NCBI GenBank assembly: GCA_004022145.1
Contig: RCNU01000011.1
DNA from: Paecilomyces variotii
Taxonomy: Eukaryota
Length of the DNA stretch: 64,000 nt
Direction: 5' to 3' (one strand)
In this document: one piece after another, positions 11,847-25,762 of the stretch
Position numbering within the stretch: position 1 is the stretch's first letter
Layout: each line of letters begins with the position of its first letter
Notes under the pieces: model-generated
What the model saw: the letters and a program-made list of their open reading frames with translations, nothing else
Told to the model about the DNA's origin: nothing
Databases searched by the model: none
Program-made: the position numbers and the translations under genes

Positions 11847-13154
11847 ATGTCGAATCCAGAGCCATCTCCCCAAAAACCGCTAGTTGCGGGCAGAAAGATA
11901 ATCGTTGTCGGATGCGGCATTGCTGGTTTGGCTTTTCCTTTGGCCTTGCGAAAACAATGGCCTGAAGAATACATTGATGAGTTCCCTGCCATCACAGTTT
12001 ATGAACGAGATTGTCGCGAAATCCGCCCCGGGCGAGAAGGCTACTCGATCTCTATCCGTGGCGATGATGTGGGTTCTGGAATCCAGACCCTACACAAGAT
12101 GGGTCTTTTGGAGCAGATGTTGCTGGTTAGCATCACAGGAAGATCAGGAAGCGAACCCAAAGGCGCATTTACCCTCTGGGACCTCGACTGGAAGCCTCTG
12201 CTCAGTATTTCGGGTCCTCCCAGTGACAAAGAGTTGCCGGCAACGTCTATGCGCATCCGAAGAGATGCTCTACGGCAGGTCATGATCGACGCTCTTGAAA
12301 CTCTGTTGCCTAATGGGTCTATCCAATGGGAAACCAAATGCACAAAAGCTGAACCTATGCCTTCCAAAGTGAAGGTGACTGTGAGAAATAATAACGCGGA
12401 GGCCTCCTCAGATCGTGAAGATGAGTGCGACATCCTTATTGTGGCAGATGGTGCCGGGAGTAAGGTCCGCGCTCAGCTACGCCCGGAGGATACCCTGACC
12501 TTCAGAGGGATTGTTTGTCTTGCCGGTGTCTCTCGTTTTACAGAAGGAGAGGTCCCGAAACCTATGGACAAGAACTGGGGGGGCGTTCTGGGAGCCGGGC
12601 CGGTCGGTCTTTTTGTGTCTCCAGTAGATACACGCAGCGCACTTTGGAGCCTGAGTTACAGATCCGACCAGCCGCGAGAGAGGTTGTCTGCTCCTCTCAG
12701 CGAGGACCAGGCCGAGAACCTCCTCCGTGAGGCTCTTGACAGGGCTAAACCCTTCAAAGAGCCAACAGAGACACTCATCAAGGCTACCGATCCAGCTACT
12801 TTGGCAGTCTACAATGCAATGGACAAGCAGCCCTTCCGGCACGAGGCCAACTCGAAAATCGTCTTTATCGGGGACAGCAATCATGCCATGAGCCCATTTG
12901 CCGGAAATGGTGCCAATATGGCACTGACGGACGCCTGGGAACTTGCGTTACAACTATCCAAGTCTGTACCGACATCATCGAGCTTGTCACTGGACCTTGG
13001 TCCGGCATTGAAGGCGTACGATGAGATGAGCATTCCACGCTCTTCAAAGGCGATCAACAGGTCTCATTGGAGTATATCCATGCTTCATGCTGCTGGCATT
13101 AAATTATGGGCGTATAAATTGTTTCTCGCCCTAGTCAGACCGATCAAGGGTTGA
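11847..13154 (+). CDS. FAD-dependent monooxygenase (group A flavoprotein aromatic hydroxylase)
   Basis: Single exon with GxGxxG (VVGCGIAGL), DG motif (IVADGAGSKVR) and GD motif (FIGDSNHAMSPFAGNGANMALTDA). Confidence 0.9.
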   Translation: MSNPEPSPQKPLVAGRKIIVVGCGIAGLAFPLALRKQWPEEYIDEFPAITVYERDCREIRPGREGYSISIRGDDVGSGIQTLHKMGLLEQMLLVSITGRSGSEPKGAFTLWDLDWKPLLSISGPPSDKELPATSMRIRRDALRQVMIDALETLLPNGSIQWETKCTKAEPMPSKVKVTVRNNNAEASSDREDECDILIVADGAGSKVRAQLRPEDTLTFRGIVCLAGVSRFTEGEVPKPMDKNWGGVLGAGPVGLFVSPVDTRSALWSLSYRSDQPRERLSAPLSEDQAENLLREALDRAKPFKEPTETLIKATDPATLAVYNAMDKQPFRHEANSKIVFIGDSNHAMSPFAGNGANMALTDAWELALQLSKSVPTSSSLSLDLGPALKAYDEMSIPRSSKAINRSHWSISMLHAAGIKLWAYKLFLALVRPIKG

Positions 13155-14044
13155 GTTACTAAACAGTCCTTGACATGGAATTGGCTCTCCAAAATAACGG
13201 AGTGGTGTTGTACTATAGCACTCTCTGTCGTTTATTTCTACCTCTCCTCGATACCATAACCCTCATAATTTATAATGGACCAGAACCTGGTATTATATTC
13301 GCTATGACTAGAGTTAGTAGAACGGATAACCAAGCAACCGTCATCGCCACGCCCCCAATAGTGATCATAGACGAATATGTTTGTTCCATCTGCATGGTCA
13401 TGAAATCCATCTAGAGCTTTCTTGGAACTCGATAGTTTTTCTTGATTCCATAAAGTTTGCTCGCCAGGTATAGTTATCGGATCCTTCGATGCTCTAGCTT
13501 ATCATCTGCGATCTCAGACAGCACAAGGCTCTAGCAGACTCTCGGGCTATATGAGTAATATCTGCGCGATGGATGTCTGTCAGGTTTTCTCCTCATGAAG
13601 TAATCATCGTTACACTGATTCGTGACCAAAATATAACGATCCCCTAAGACGTTCCAGAAGGAGACATGTCTTCAATGTATCCGAATTCAAGCGTTTTGCA
13701 GATGCATCCGTTAGCAGGATCGCAGAAGATGTGTTCACTTTGAAAAGCTTGCTGAAGGCGGATTCAGTAAAACTTTTCTGATTGAGGTGGCTTTCTGCCA
13801 GTCGATCAAAAAGGAGAACTCCTAAGTACCTAGTTGGTCTGCCTGTATCTCTAACATTGATTGATCGTTGACCGCCTAGGCGGTGAACGTGGATTCTTCG
13901 GCAGAATAATAGAATTCTCCGAGGTTGCAGCAACCATCAATCGCAAATCTTCCGCCACAACAAGCAGGAGAGACTCCTTGCTTGGTTTTTACGTCTCCAT
14001 TTCTGAGAGGATACTGGAGGCTTAGGCTTTGGGCAGCTCCAGGG

Positions 14045-17000
14045 ATGCAGCGCTACATCTGTGCGCGCTGCGCGCTGAAGCAGAAACGCTCTACGGCATC
14101 TCTTGCCACTCTTTCTTTGAGCTCACAAACAGCGTTTCGCCAAAATGGACGTTTCTTATCAGCTGCGGGCGGCCTTAGACGTTCATTTCATACCGCGAAG
14201 AAGGTAAAATACTAATGGATTTGCGCCATCGTATGGAGCACGGCTAACGTTTCCCTTTCAGACTGCTGCAGTACACGAGGACTCGCCCGTCTCTCAGCTG
14301 TCTGTAGATGAGATCCTCTTGAAGACCGAATTCGAAGAGAAAGGAAATATTCGTGAATACCTACGAAAATGGAGAGAGAAACAGCCGATCTCACTTGATC
14401 CTGTTCGCGAGCCAAACCTCTCGGGCCGCCCCATGCCGTGGGTCGGCAATATGCTGAGTGATAGTCGAGAGGCCCACGATAATGACAGCGATATGCTCTC
14501 AATTACGGACGAGGCTACTTCTGAGTACTCGAGAGATTCTGAAGAAGGCGGAGACATGCAGGTACATCTCGAGCCCGGTGATCTCGTGGGGTTATCTGCG
14601 TAAGTCGCCAGATCTCGTGTCCTGGTAGTCGGCTGTCTGACCATACTATAGGCCATCTGGAAGCATACTTACCGCAATATACGTTCGTTCTATCCAGAAG
14701 CAACAGCAGTTTTACACTGCAAGAGGCAAATGGAGAGTGGCATTCGCAAAAGATCTGGACTACGTGATAAAGGGATTCGCTCCACGCGAATTAGTTTCTC
14801 CCTTGCTCCCATACTTCCCCGACACCCTGGCAACATTGAGCTCGGAGATGCAGTCGACAATAGAAGGTGGTGTGCCCAGACCAGTTGGAGCGCCTCTTGT
14901 GAAACTGTTGGCGGATTTCGACGAAGATGTCCGCGCTATCTACCGGGACAACTCGCATCGATTGGACAATATTCATGATTATATGGCTGATGACGATGAA
15001 CCTCTTGAGTTTACCCTTCGGGAACTAGCAGCCAAAGCTCTTGGGATCGATGAAACAGCTGTCAATGAGGCCACTATGTTTGCCGTACATAAGGCGATCA
15101 AGCAGCATCCTTTTATCATCGATTATGACAGAAGCTCTCCATTCAGTGACTATTATTTGGTTCGACCCAAAAGAATGGCCAAGAACATCGAAACTGTTGG
15201 CCAGTGGGTTAGAGAACATCAAGAGCATCAATTGGGAATTGCTAAGCAAAAAGAATCCGGAAACATCAAAGATCATCCTTTACACAAGTTCTTGCAAAAG
15301 GCTCAGCGTCTGATTCGGCTTAGTCGAAAGATTAGGTCGCCTACTACGATGTCCAGCGTTGGCCCAACAGCGCAGCGATATTCCCCGGATGAGACTGACA
15401 ACGGTATGATCTATCGGGAAATTTCGACCGAGAGCTTCAGCGAATCAGACCGCATCATTATTGAGTATCTCCAACTCTACTCTATACCACCCCGACGGAT
15501 GACTTCTGGGATCATTAGATCTGCGGGTTCATACATAATGCGAGCTACAGGAATGTACAGCACGCTGGGACTAAGTGCAGCATCCATGCCACTTTTTCTT
15601 CAGGAACTCGGAGTATTTTCTCCGTGGGAGAACCTACATGTTCTGGACCAATCTTTGTCTTTGCCGGGCCACGGACTGTCGCGCCGCTCAGACAAGCTAG
15701 TGGACAATGTCAAGCAGGCCTGTGAAGAAATCAAGGCAAATGGCCTTAGGGATGCTATGCAAGACCTGAGGACTGACTTCGGCGACCTTCCTGTTTATTG
15801 TGTCGATGATGCCGATGCCGAGGAAATTGACGATGGTGTCTCTCTAGAACGTATCCCTGGATCAGACGATACTTTCTGGATCCGTGTGCATGTGGCGAAT
15901 CCGTCAGCTTTTATTCCCCCTGACCATATCATCACGAAATATGCTTCCTCCCGCTATCAAACGTTGTACGTCCCTGAACGTACATATCCGATGCTCCCAA
16001 AATCGGTCACTCAAGGTTATTTCAGCTTAGCCTCTGGTCGTCCGACTCTGACATTCAGCGCAAAGATGAATACTAAGGGAGAGATCCTGGATACAAACGT
16101 CACAAATGGATATATTAGGAACGTTATCAACATAACCCATGCTGATCTCCGGCAGCTCTTCAATGATGACATTCAGAGTTCCTGGGAGACCTTCACCGTC
16201 GGAGGAGAATTTCCGAAGCGTTCCCGACAAGGATTGAAACGAATAATGTCTGAGGAGGACAAGACCACATTCCACACATTGAGGCAGCTGATGCTCGCAT
16301 TCAGAGAGCAGCGACAGAAAAGGGGTGCTATTGACTGGCCAGCTCCGGTTGAAACGCCGGTCTCTGTTTTCCTTGGAAATAGATCGATGCCCTCTCATAA
16401 GTTGAATGTAGAGGAAGGGAGACATTTCTTGGGTGACCCTGTGATCCAGCTGCAATATCGAAATTTCGACCCCTACGAGGTGGCAGATCTCACCAAAAGA
16501 AACTTGATATCTACAATCATGAATCTAGCTTGCTGGATTGGGGGGCGCTGGTTGGCCGACCGCAACATCCCTGCTGTCTTTGACGGGACATGGTATCACC
16601 CTGAATATGCTAAACTAACCAGAGAGAATATTTCTGAATACGGTGGGACCAACTGGTTGGATCTCGCAGCACCCAAGGGAATCTCGTCCTCCAGTGTGAT
16701 ACCCCATGTCCCCCTCGGCCTAGATGCTTACGTCAAGACGACCAGTCCCCTCAGACGTTATGTCGATCTGTTAGCACACTATCAGATCGAGGCAGCGTTG
16801 CGGTATGAGAGTGCCCACGGCACACTGCTCGATGCCAGAGAAAACGCATCTGTCGTGCCCTTCCAGAAGTTGGAAGTTGACAGATATATCGAGCGTGCCA
16901 GTTGGCAGCGTATCAGACTGAAGCAGTGTGCCATGTCATCTGACCAGTTTTGGGCCTGTCTGTTCCTCTTCCGCGCATTCTATTTCAACGAATGTGCATT

Positions 17001-17262
17001 ACCAGAGACCCATACTTGTCTGCTGCACAACTCTTACAGCAATACTGCGCTGGCGGGATCCGCGGTGGGCGAGGGGTATGCCGGTTTGCTTTTACCGTTT
17101 GGGGTCAGATGTCAAATTGTACTGCCACCTTCTATGACAGATGTCGACATAATGAGCATGGTGGAGGCTAAAATAGTGTCTGTTGACATGTCGCGTACCA
17201 TGGTTCTCCTGGAAGCTGTTAGACTTGTTAAACACTATGAGAGGGTGGGAGAATGGGCCTAA
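14045..17262 (+). CDS. Mitochondrial RNase II/RNB-family exoribonuclease (Dss1/Cyt-4-like)
   Basis: Basic N-terminal presequence MQRYICARCALKQKR. RNB motifs VDDADAEEIDDGVS, RVHVANP, YVPERTYPMLP and TSPLRRYVDLLAHYQI. Two introns near 14203-14262 and 14600-14652. Confidence 0.9.
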
Positions 17263-19783
17263 GTGGACCGACAAGCTATAAACGCCCGGGCTATCTCGGC
17301 TAGACCTTGACATCCTGACGATAATACTTCTGGGGGACCTCAGCGACGTTTTCCTCTTTCCTTTTCCCACAGGTGCTCATGCAGCTTCAGGTGGCGATCA
17401 CGCGTTCCCGATCATGTTCATGTCGATAGACGTGGATATGTGGAATATCCTCCGGTTTCCAAAATTCCCCATACGTTCCTGCTCCACGAAGATTCTTTTT
17501 TCTTTTTTTCTGAATATCCACGAATCAGGACACTACACGGCGTTGCACACCCGTCACGATGGTACGATAGTCGCAGAAAGTCTCCAGCTGAAACACATTT
17601 TCGCGACCTGAGACCGCCATTGGCGCCCCCAGGGATGCGGCAATCGCGTTTCCTACTATTATTTGATGACCCGACTCTCTGGGAACTTGGATGTCATCTG
17701 CAGGTCAGCCATGACAATTATTATTACTGGTACCTGCGCTAACTAGGAGCGACCTTGGGGCTGACGAAGCCGGCTTCCGCGAAGGGATCTGTGCGTACTG
17801 CCACGAGACGGTGTGCGCCTTGTATATTCGTCCGGTGTATAGTTAGATATGCAAGACTAGCACAAGCGACCTTACTATGTATGATAGATCTAATCAAGCC
17901 CTCTCTACCGTGAGACAGCCTCGGATTTCTTATCCGTAGTCAAGTTACACTAGGAAAGCATTATTAATTCTACGAGCCCCTTAGACTACTACGTTCCAGG
18001 AGCACGGCATCGACAATGACAGGATGAGTCCCCTCGGGGTCGCAACCCCCATGGGTTTATTAGGTTACTGTCAAGCCACAAGCGTACCGTATCTTGGGAT
18101 CAGGAGGACAAGCGAGAAACTCTCCACTTTCGCGAGCTTCCTGTGAACTTGGTAACTTGTAGGTTTTAGACTCCTTGGTAGGTGATCTCGGTGATCGTGG
18201 AATAATAATAGGTGATTCCGGAACGTATAATTTTTGTGCATAATTAGGTACCCTCTTCAATCGAATTTCTGCCCTAGTTACCATACTGGGCGATTCGTGA
18301 CCTCAGTAACTATCTAAGTACGCTCTGGTATTATTGATTTACGACTATAAACACCGCACAGTATAGTACACCTTATTTTTCCAACAAGGCTATTAACTAA
18401 TTAATTCTTCGAGAACTCCGTCTTTCAGTACGAAGAACTTCTTTCTTTGCCTGTCTCTCCGTCCCGGTCCCGACATATGTACCTCGGCAATAGAAATATA
18501 CTAGTTGCTGTCTGTGAGTATGTCCCCGTTCAAGCACAGACACTAAAATCGGCATTCCTGACATATTCAGCTCTCCCGCGACATCCGCCACCAGTCAGGG
18601 CCAGCGTCACCGAGATCTTGATATCTCCGCCCCGACACTAGAGTCTTGGAGGCTCCGAGGCTGACGCTCAGACAAGCCCGCCGTCCTTGACAGGATGGGA
18701 TCTTCAGCCACCGCCCACACGGAAGGGCCGACCCTGACAGCCTCAAAGTGCTTTTTGATCGGCAGTAAGTCCTAGGGGAAGGCTGTCAATTAAACTAGAT
18801 ACGAGTAACCTCGTCGCGTGGCCACCCAACCGGGAATTCATCCGTCTTCCGCGGTTGAACTACTGCAACCACGGACTGTAAAAAGTCCCGATCTCAATGC
18901 ACGATATGAAAGCTAGTGAAAGCATGCAAACTGCAGACAATCTATCTCGTGTATAATCCAGCCGGGTGGCAAGGCGGTTTTAGACTTCGAGGACTATTTC
19001 AGATCTTCAGGAGAACAATTGTTGTTGGGGATCTGGGTTCGTGTACTCTTCACAGTCGAAATCTCACGGGTGCGTTATGCAGTGGACTGAAACTGGGCAA
19101 CGTTTCGTCAGCTGTCATGTAAATCGTATAGATCCTAGAGCTGATGCTAATTGGTGGTCTTGTTCGGTATAGGTATGCCGTCCAAGTCGCCACGACCGGC
19201 TTGGGATTGATTGCTTTTTCCAGGACCACGCAAACGGGTGGCCCCGTCCAAACTTCAGATACGCTGTCAATAGCTTAGCTGCAGACAGGGACCCGTTCGG
19301 CCGGAGAGGAACGTTACAAATACCTGTCTTTTGGGCTGGGGAGACGGGGATCGTCTCCCGGGTTCGGTCGAGACTTTCAGGGACCTATGCTATCACATTG
19401 TGGGGGAGATCTCAGGTTCTTAGTCCCACGATCTGATCAGGCATTTCGCCAAATGTTAACGGATTTGGTTGTAGTCGAGCTGCTCCGTAATTAGATCAGG
19501 AGAAGCGTGGATCCATCTGGAATAGTCGATCTGTACTAGTGACGCTGAAAAGGGCTTAGGAGGGGTTTGATATAGAGAAATTGTCATAGCTGAGAGTAGT
19601 ATATTGATAGAAGCATAACTTACCCAGCATTTATGTCTGTCATATATTCCCACTGTATCCTCCATCTCCATCCTGTTGTAAGGCTGACTCACATACAGCA
19701 AGTCTCACATTCTCCACCCCTAGTGAATACGTTTCTCGCTTCCCCATAAGCCTGAGACTCCATTCACAAACATCTCCATCTAG

Positions 19784-22443
19784 ATGATGGACGTCACGTT
19801 GCAAGATGGTCTATACCTCGACAGTAGTATGCCGCCCAAATGCGGTATACAAGTCAAGAGGACCATGCGTCCGAGGACCAGTTGCAACCAATGTCGCTTC
19901 CGGAAGATCAAAGTAATACTCACATATCTGTTTTCCCCGGAAATATCTATAGCTAATTATATCTTCCGTGTGCTCAGTGTGACAGGATAAAGCCTTGTTC
20001 TGCTTGTTGTTCTCGGGGAAAGCCCACAGATTGCTGCTTCCCCGTAGATGCAAACAACAGAGCGATTGATCAGGCTCGACAACTCAGACTCCTGAGAAAG
20101 GAAAATGCCGAGTTGAGAGAGCTGTTGGAAAAGAAGTCGCCTCGAGACACGCACCTTCAGCTGATTGAAAGTGCCAAAAACGTCAAGAGGCTCCATGCCT
20201 CTATCTGGCGCCAACTGAAGGCTGAAGAGCCGTCTCATACCCTGGTCTACGGGAGCCCTTCAGGGTCTGAAATAGGAGAAAAGGTAAGCTGAATTTACGG
20301 TTTAGAAACACCTTCTGTCGAACTGACACTGATTTGTCCGCAGCTGCACAGTCTTCAGAACCAACCCAGCGACTGTAGGCCAACGTCGTTGGCTCACCCA
20401 CGCCTGAAAAATGTGAACATCCTTTCCTACCAAGACGCACCGGCAGACCCGTTTCCCTGCCTCTGGGAACCGTCTTCAGGCACAAAGCCTTTGCTTCAAA
20501 TACTCCCCTCTCGAGAACAGATCCTCGAACTCTTAACGATATTCGACAGCCAGGCACGATGCTTCCAGTACCTCCCCAATAAGCTGGCCACACCGGAGAT
20601 TAATGCCTTCTTGGAGAATTTGCATGTCTGCGCTGAGAGAAACCCCCAAATGTTAGCTCTCATCCTGGCTGCTATGGCTCATGCTTTACAGTTCAAAGCG
20701 TTCCGAAAGAATATGCCGCAATCAGCCGTGGAAGAGACTGAGAAAGAACTCGTACAAGCAAATATTTATGGTATGTCCACTCCGATATAAGCCTCGGACG
20801 TTTTGCTTTGCTGATCAGAACTAGTTGCGGCCTCAATGCATGCGTTGCGATTAAGCAGTTTCATGAACCGTCCGACACTGCTTGCTGTCCACACTCTCTT
20901 GCTTATTGGGGCATACCTTGTCAATGGCGGAAAGTTCTTAGATGCATATACTCTGTATGGGCAGACAATACGCGTTGCACAGGGAATGGGTCGTATGTAT
21001 TTTCCACACGTTTCCATTCGGAAAATGGCCTAACTTTGCAATGTAGTGCATCAGGATCCACAATATCTGGATTCGTGCGCAGACGAGGGAGAGTGTAACC
21101 TTCGCCGGAACACATGGTGGTTAATGCTCTTCGTGGACCAATACTATTCCAGTACGCTTGGACGTCCTCTGGGTGTGTCTGGAACTGGTGACTGTTTGCC
21201 TGCTTCTCATTTGACATTCTCTGAGCTGGCGGACAGCCAGAAGGCCGGGCGTCTGGAAACATACATCAATCAATATACCGTCCTCAGCCGACAAATCCTA
21301 TCGTGCGACAACTTGACAAATGGAAGGATAGACGCATTTAGTGACAGGCTACTTCAGCTTCTTGACACCCTTCCATCGTTGGTTCGCTTCAACTCGTCGT
21401 GGCTGAAGGAAGGGTGTGATAATGTCCCGGAGTGGCCACTGAACTTCCATGCCGCCATGTTTCACAGCAATACGCACAATTATCTGATCCTTCTAAACCG
21501 TCAAAGGCAGATTGGCACGGTGGAGAAGAAACAGAAGAAGACAGATGTATACCGGCCTGAGCCAGGATATGCCACTGTGGTGTCCAGTTGCCATGAGGTA
21601 CTACAAGCTTTCTTCTACTTGCACAAGTACCTGCCTGACAAGCTTGCGCATTGGCCGATCTGTCAACATGCCTTCAACGCTGCAATGCTACTTGGCTTTA
21701 ACGTGCTCGAGCACGGATGTCATGCTGGCTCCGGAGACCACAAGGCAGTTGCGTCGACATACAGCATCTTTCACGAATTGCATGAAACTGGAGTCTCCCG
21801 GCCAGCGAAGTTGGCAACTTTGCGTCTGAGAGAATTGCTAGTAACCCATAAGCAACCCATTCTGGACCAGAGACTTATGGGCTCACATGGCATGCTACTT
21901 GTCGAGGATCCGGAAATCAGAGGTATGGTTGGCAATGCATATGCTCCTTTTGCCTGGTCAGAGGCCTCGATCCAGTCAAACACAGAGGAGCCTGTCTATC
22001 AAAAAAGACAGCCAGAGCATACCAGTCACATCGGTGCAATGGAACATGCAAGAATGTTCAATTCCCCTGCGCCAAGTGAACACAGCTCGCCTGGCAATAG
22101 CACGCCTGTAGCGCATAGCCCCGACCTCAATTCCGAAAATGCAAGCAGCACGAACTCTCCCGACTGCGCATTAACACCAGAGACACCAACTTATTGGGGT
22201 CCAGAAGACAGATGGACTGCAACACATGCAGCCCCAATGCAAGCACACCTAACGTGCCCTCCGTTTCCGACGCAGCTACTCAACCAGCAATTGTTTGTCT
22301 CCTCGGCCCCGGTGCAGGAGCAGCAGCATCACTTCTATGCTTCGCCTAGCGTATACCATCAGGGATACACCGACTGGGATCTCGCATATCCAGGCATGGG
22401 CACAGATATGTCATCTTACTATGCGTACGTGAGTATTTCATGA
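19784..22443 (+). CDS. Zn2Cys6 transcription factor with fungal-specific TF domain
   Basis: SCNQCRFRKIK|CDRIKPCSACCSRGKPTDC split by an intron, then a coiled coil. AQGMG(L)HQDP and RRNTWW...DQYYSSTLGRP middle-homology motifs. The start (19784 or 19829) and last exon are uncertain. Confidence 0.85.
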
Positions 22444-23050
22444 ATATCGACGATATGTATTATATGGGCATGGAAGACCCTTTCTCTATATATGTTTGGC
22501 AAACAGGACGAATGTATACCGTACATTGTTTTCTTATGGTGTCTTTTTGGGTCTGCCGTGTTAGGAGGCAACCGCTCAGGGATTCATATACCTTGGAAGT
22601 CCTTGGAGTCATTGGAATTATATATCATCATGTATTGTGGAGATAGCGACCTATAAATTTTAATTTCTATACATTGATTAGAACATATCAAGAGTCATCA
22701 AAAGACATTTCACCCAAGACGCCGAGCGGTTCCAAAATCCTTCGAGATGCACCCAGATGTTATCAGAGCACAGGAACTCGCACGAACGGTAATAAGGCTC
22801 CATATCCAGTGCGATATACTCGATTTATACTGAGTCATCTTGTTCATTGCAGAGACCAGTTGGTTTCTACACTCCCCACTATCTCTTTCACAATATCGTA
22901 CAGATGTCCTATCCGCCAAAACCTCGCTCGGATGAAGCATTAACACTCATAAAATCGAAAACGGCACTGTTTCGCTTGTAGAAGCTAGCTGCCACTTGTA
23001 TTGACGGTGTTGGGCAGCAGTGCGTTCTGCCTGTCGTGGAGATAACTGAT

Positions 23051-23451
23051 TTAGAGACTTTGGAGAAGTCAGCTAGTGCCCCTCGGATTTAAAAACTAAG
23101 AGTGGTCTAGTAGCCACTAGTAAAAAGCAGCTAATAGTCACTGTCTAAAGAAAGGAGGAACGTTCTGGCGCGGCGACTTACGGAGGGAGGAGGAACTCGC
23201 TCAGGCTGCTGTGGAGGAAAGCAACGGCGGCCTGGAAACTCATATTAGCACCAGCATATTCACATCGACAGTTCCACGCATGATTTATCTCAAAGGAGAG
23301 ATGAGTATGCAGAACTTACACCAAAGACCAACACGCTTCTCACGACAGTCGTGTTGTCGGGCGAAGTGATCTCGTTCCAGGCGGAGCTGAGGAAGCCGCG
23401 CTGCTGACGGGAAGAAGAGGCATGGACGACAACGCGCTGCTTGGGGGCCAT
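23051..23451 (-). CDS. TOM6: Mitochondrial import receptor small subunit Tom6 (62 aa), absent from the ORF track
   Basis: Exons 23451-23320, 23231-23182 and 23057-23051 give MAPKQRVVVHASSSRQQRGFLSSAWNEITSPDNTTVVRSVLVFGAAVAFLHSSLSEFLLPPL. The ITSPxN..VVRS..FGAAVAFL signature matches filamentous-fungal Tom6. Confidence 0.85.
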
Positions 23452-24377
23452 TGTGAATGGATAGGATTATTCAACTTCTCGAATTAAATGTTGATGAAGC
23501 TGTTGTTCGTTGTTGAGATGAGTCGAGCTGCCGTCGAGAAATCTTTCAGCGGCTCGGGGAAAGGGTTGGTCTGAGCTTGGCGTCATCACCTCTTGCGCTT
23601 GTGGGTTCTCTGGGTGACCGTATCTTCATCACTTCAATCTCTTGGGCCGATAAACTTGGATAAATGCAAATAGGAGGTTTTCTACTGATATTTCTCGCTT
23701 GATTTGACTCTACTAACAATCTATTCAATCCTTCCTCATCGCGCACTGGGATTCGTAGGCTATGCATTGAAGAACTTAGTGCGAGACACCTTAGTGTACT
23801 CAAGTACCTCGGCAATCATTCCGCCAGAGCGCTATCAGCTTTATCATCATACCTCGAGAGACTTGTAACTACCTTGCAAGAGTTCTCTGAGTTCTATTTA
23901 ACTTTCGAATTTCGGCTAGATAATACATGGCTTGTTCGTTCCTGCACTGGCTCATTATCAGTTGGCACGCGAACAGAGAGCTACGAGGGCACAAGTCCAG
24001 TCAATGCGAAATAAATATTTATATTGCGCAGCCGAGTGAAAGTCCATCTGGCATCAACGGATGTCCGATATCTCTCTACTAGTGCTTAATACCGTCCACG
24101 ATACCCATTTGATCGGATGTTTGCAATTTAGCGCAGATGCATCAGTAAAACCCTGCTCCGTGTAACCACAAGCTAAGTACCTAGCTGCCCAGAAGGTGCG
24201 ATACTCTTAGTTCTTATCAACGGAAGGGAAAAAGCAAACCGAGCCGCTGATAGTCAATTCAGAATTATAATCGCCAACGAGAGAGGTCTATATATCTATC
24301 GAGACCAGTAAGGACCCAGGCGGCCCTCAAATCTACCAGACAGGCATTATTTGTTCCAGGAGACACATTCTCAAAAC

Positions 24378-24815
24378 ATGTCAACCAAGATATTTATCAC
24401 TGTCGAGAAAGGAGACCCCCTTGATTACATGGAATACCGCCACACAGCTCTCCATTTAATTTTCCCCGATGCAACTCAATCTGTCATGCATGTGGTCGGT
24501 ACCCATGGGATGTTCAATTTCCAGGAGAGGGAAAACTATGACCCATCAACCAGCCCTCTTTACGTGAAATCGACTCCCGTGGCAGATATTCCGGAAGCGA
24601 TCGGTCCAGCCTTGATCAAATTGATTATTTTGATGACGCCTGTCAAAAATAAACCTGAAGATATGCCTTGGAACTGTCAAAACTGGGTTGCGGATGCTCT
24701 TTCTCGCCTGATGACGTATGGTTATCTTACGGAGGCTGAACGTGAGAGGGGAATTGATGAAATGGTCACGGCGTGTTTCGAAGCGGAGGACGAGGAGAAT
24801 AGGCCAGCATTTTAA
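24378..24815 (+). CDS. Conserved fungal hypothetical protein with H...WNCQNWV motif (possible permuted papain-like fold)
   Basis: Single-exon 145-aa ORF with YRHTALHL, HVVG and WNCQNWVADALSRL. TATA-like tatatat at about 24289. Confidence 0.7.
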   Translation: MSTKIFITVEKGDPLDYMEYRHTALHLIFPDATQSVMHVVGTHGMFNFQERENYDPSTSPLYVKSTPVADIPEAIGPALIKLIILMTPVKNKPEDMPWNCQNWVADALSRLMTYGYLTEAERERGIDEMVTACFEAEDEENRPAF

Positions 24816-24969
24816 GGGACTGTGGGTAATGTTGTTAGTATGTCTATCTTTTAACGATATAGTATGGTCTAGCCTCGCGGGCACATCAGTGTATAAAGGA
24901 TAAATACAAAGATTACATAAAGGCACAGATGAATGTTTAGGACATCTAGGAATGGTAGCAAACTCTTCA

Positions 24970-25762
24970 TCACGACCTAGAGATGCGAGCCAAGAAGGAC
25001 ATGCCTATGTATTCTGTCTTGTATTTAGGCGGGAGTATTAGAGCTAGATAATCGGGCCAGTCTCGCATTGGACGCAAATGAGCATGGCCTTTGATGTATT
25101 CCCAATGCTCTGGATACCAACCACCAAGTTCCCAGTCCAGGATAGCAGTTACATGCCCTTCATCATCGACCAGGATATTCCTAGGAGCCAGGTCCCCATG
25201 GGTAAAGACGATGTTGTGGCCATCTTTGACGGCATCCTTCGCATAATCTTTTAAGAGTTGTGGTATCTGTGGGATGACATCTGCCAGAATGAAGTCGTTG
25301 AAGAGCTTTTCGGACTCAAAAGGACCACCATCGACAAAGGCCCTGTTACCGATGATGGCTTTCCCATGATTGGCTCCTCCAATGTAGTCGCCCTTGAAGG
25401 CTCGAATTTGTGAGACATAATCACGGAGCTCTTGGGCGACAGAGAGCTTTTGGTCGGAATTCATGCCATCCCAAGCTTGATCGAGTCTTTTGCCTGGCAT
25501 ATAGTCCATGGTGATTGCCTTCACTTTTCCATCTTCCCACTGGACATCGTGTACTTTCGGCACCGGTATGTTCGTATTGGCAGCGACAAACTTGAGATTG
25601 TCTGCTTCATGTGCAAAGAGTGGCCCAGACTTGACGACACGGTCCTCGCTAACTCGCACAACCTTGCGAGCGTACAGCTCATGAATGATCTCTCCTTCCT
25701 CTACCACATTTTAGTATCTTATGTTCAAAGAGGCAAGTAGGTTCTATACCGTTCACCGTCAT
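24970..25762 (-). CDS. APH/choline-kinase-like phosphotransferase
   Basis: Exon 1 at 25762-25750 (MTVN), 49-nt intron, then VVK, IPVPKV, MDYMPG, FTHGDLAPRNILV and ILDWELGGWYPEHWEY. Confidence 0.88.

Noticed and set aside
17300-19750. Short ORFs upstream of the Zn2Cys6 gene
   Set aside because: No coding signature. Treated as promoter or intergenic DNA.
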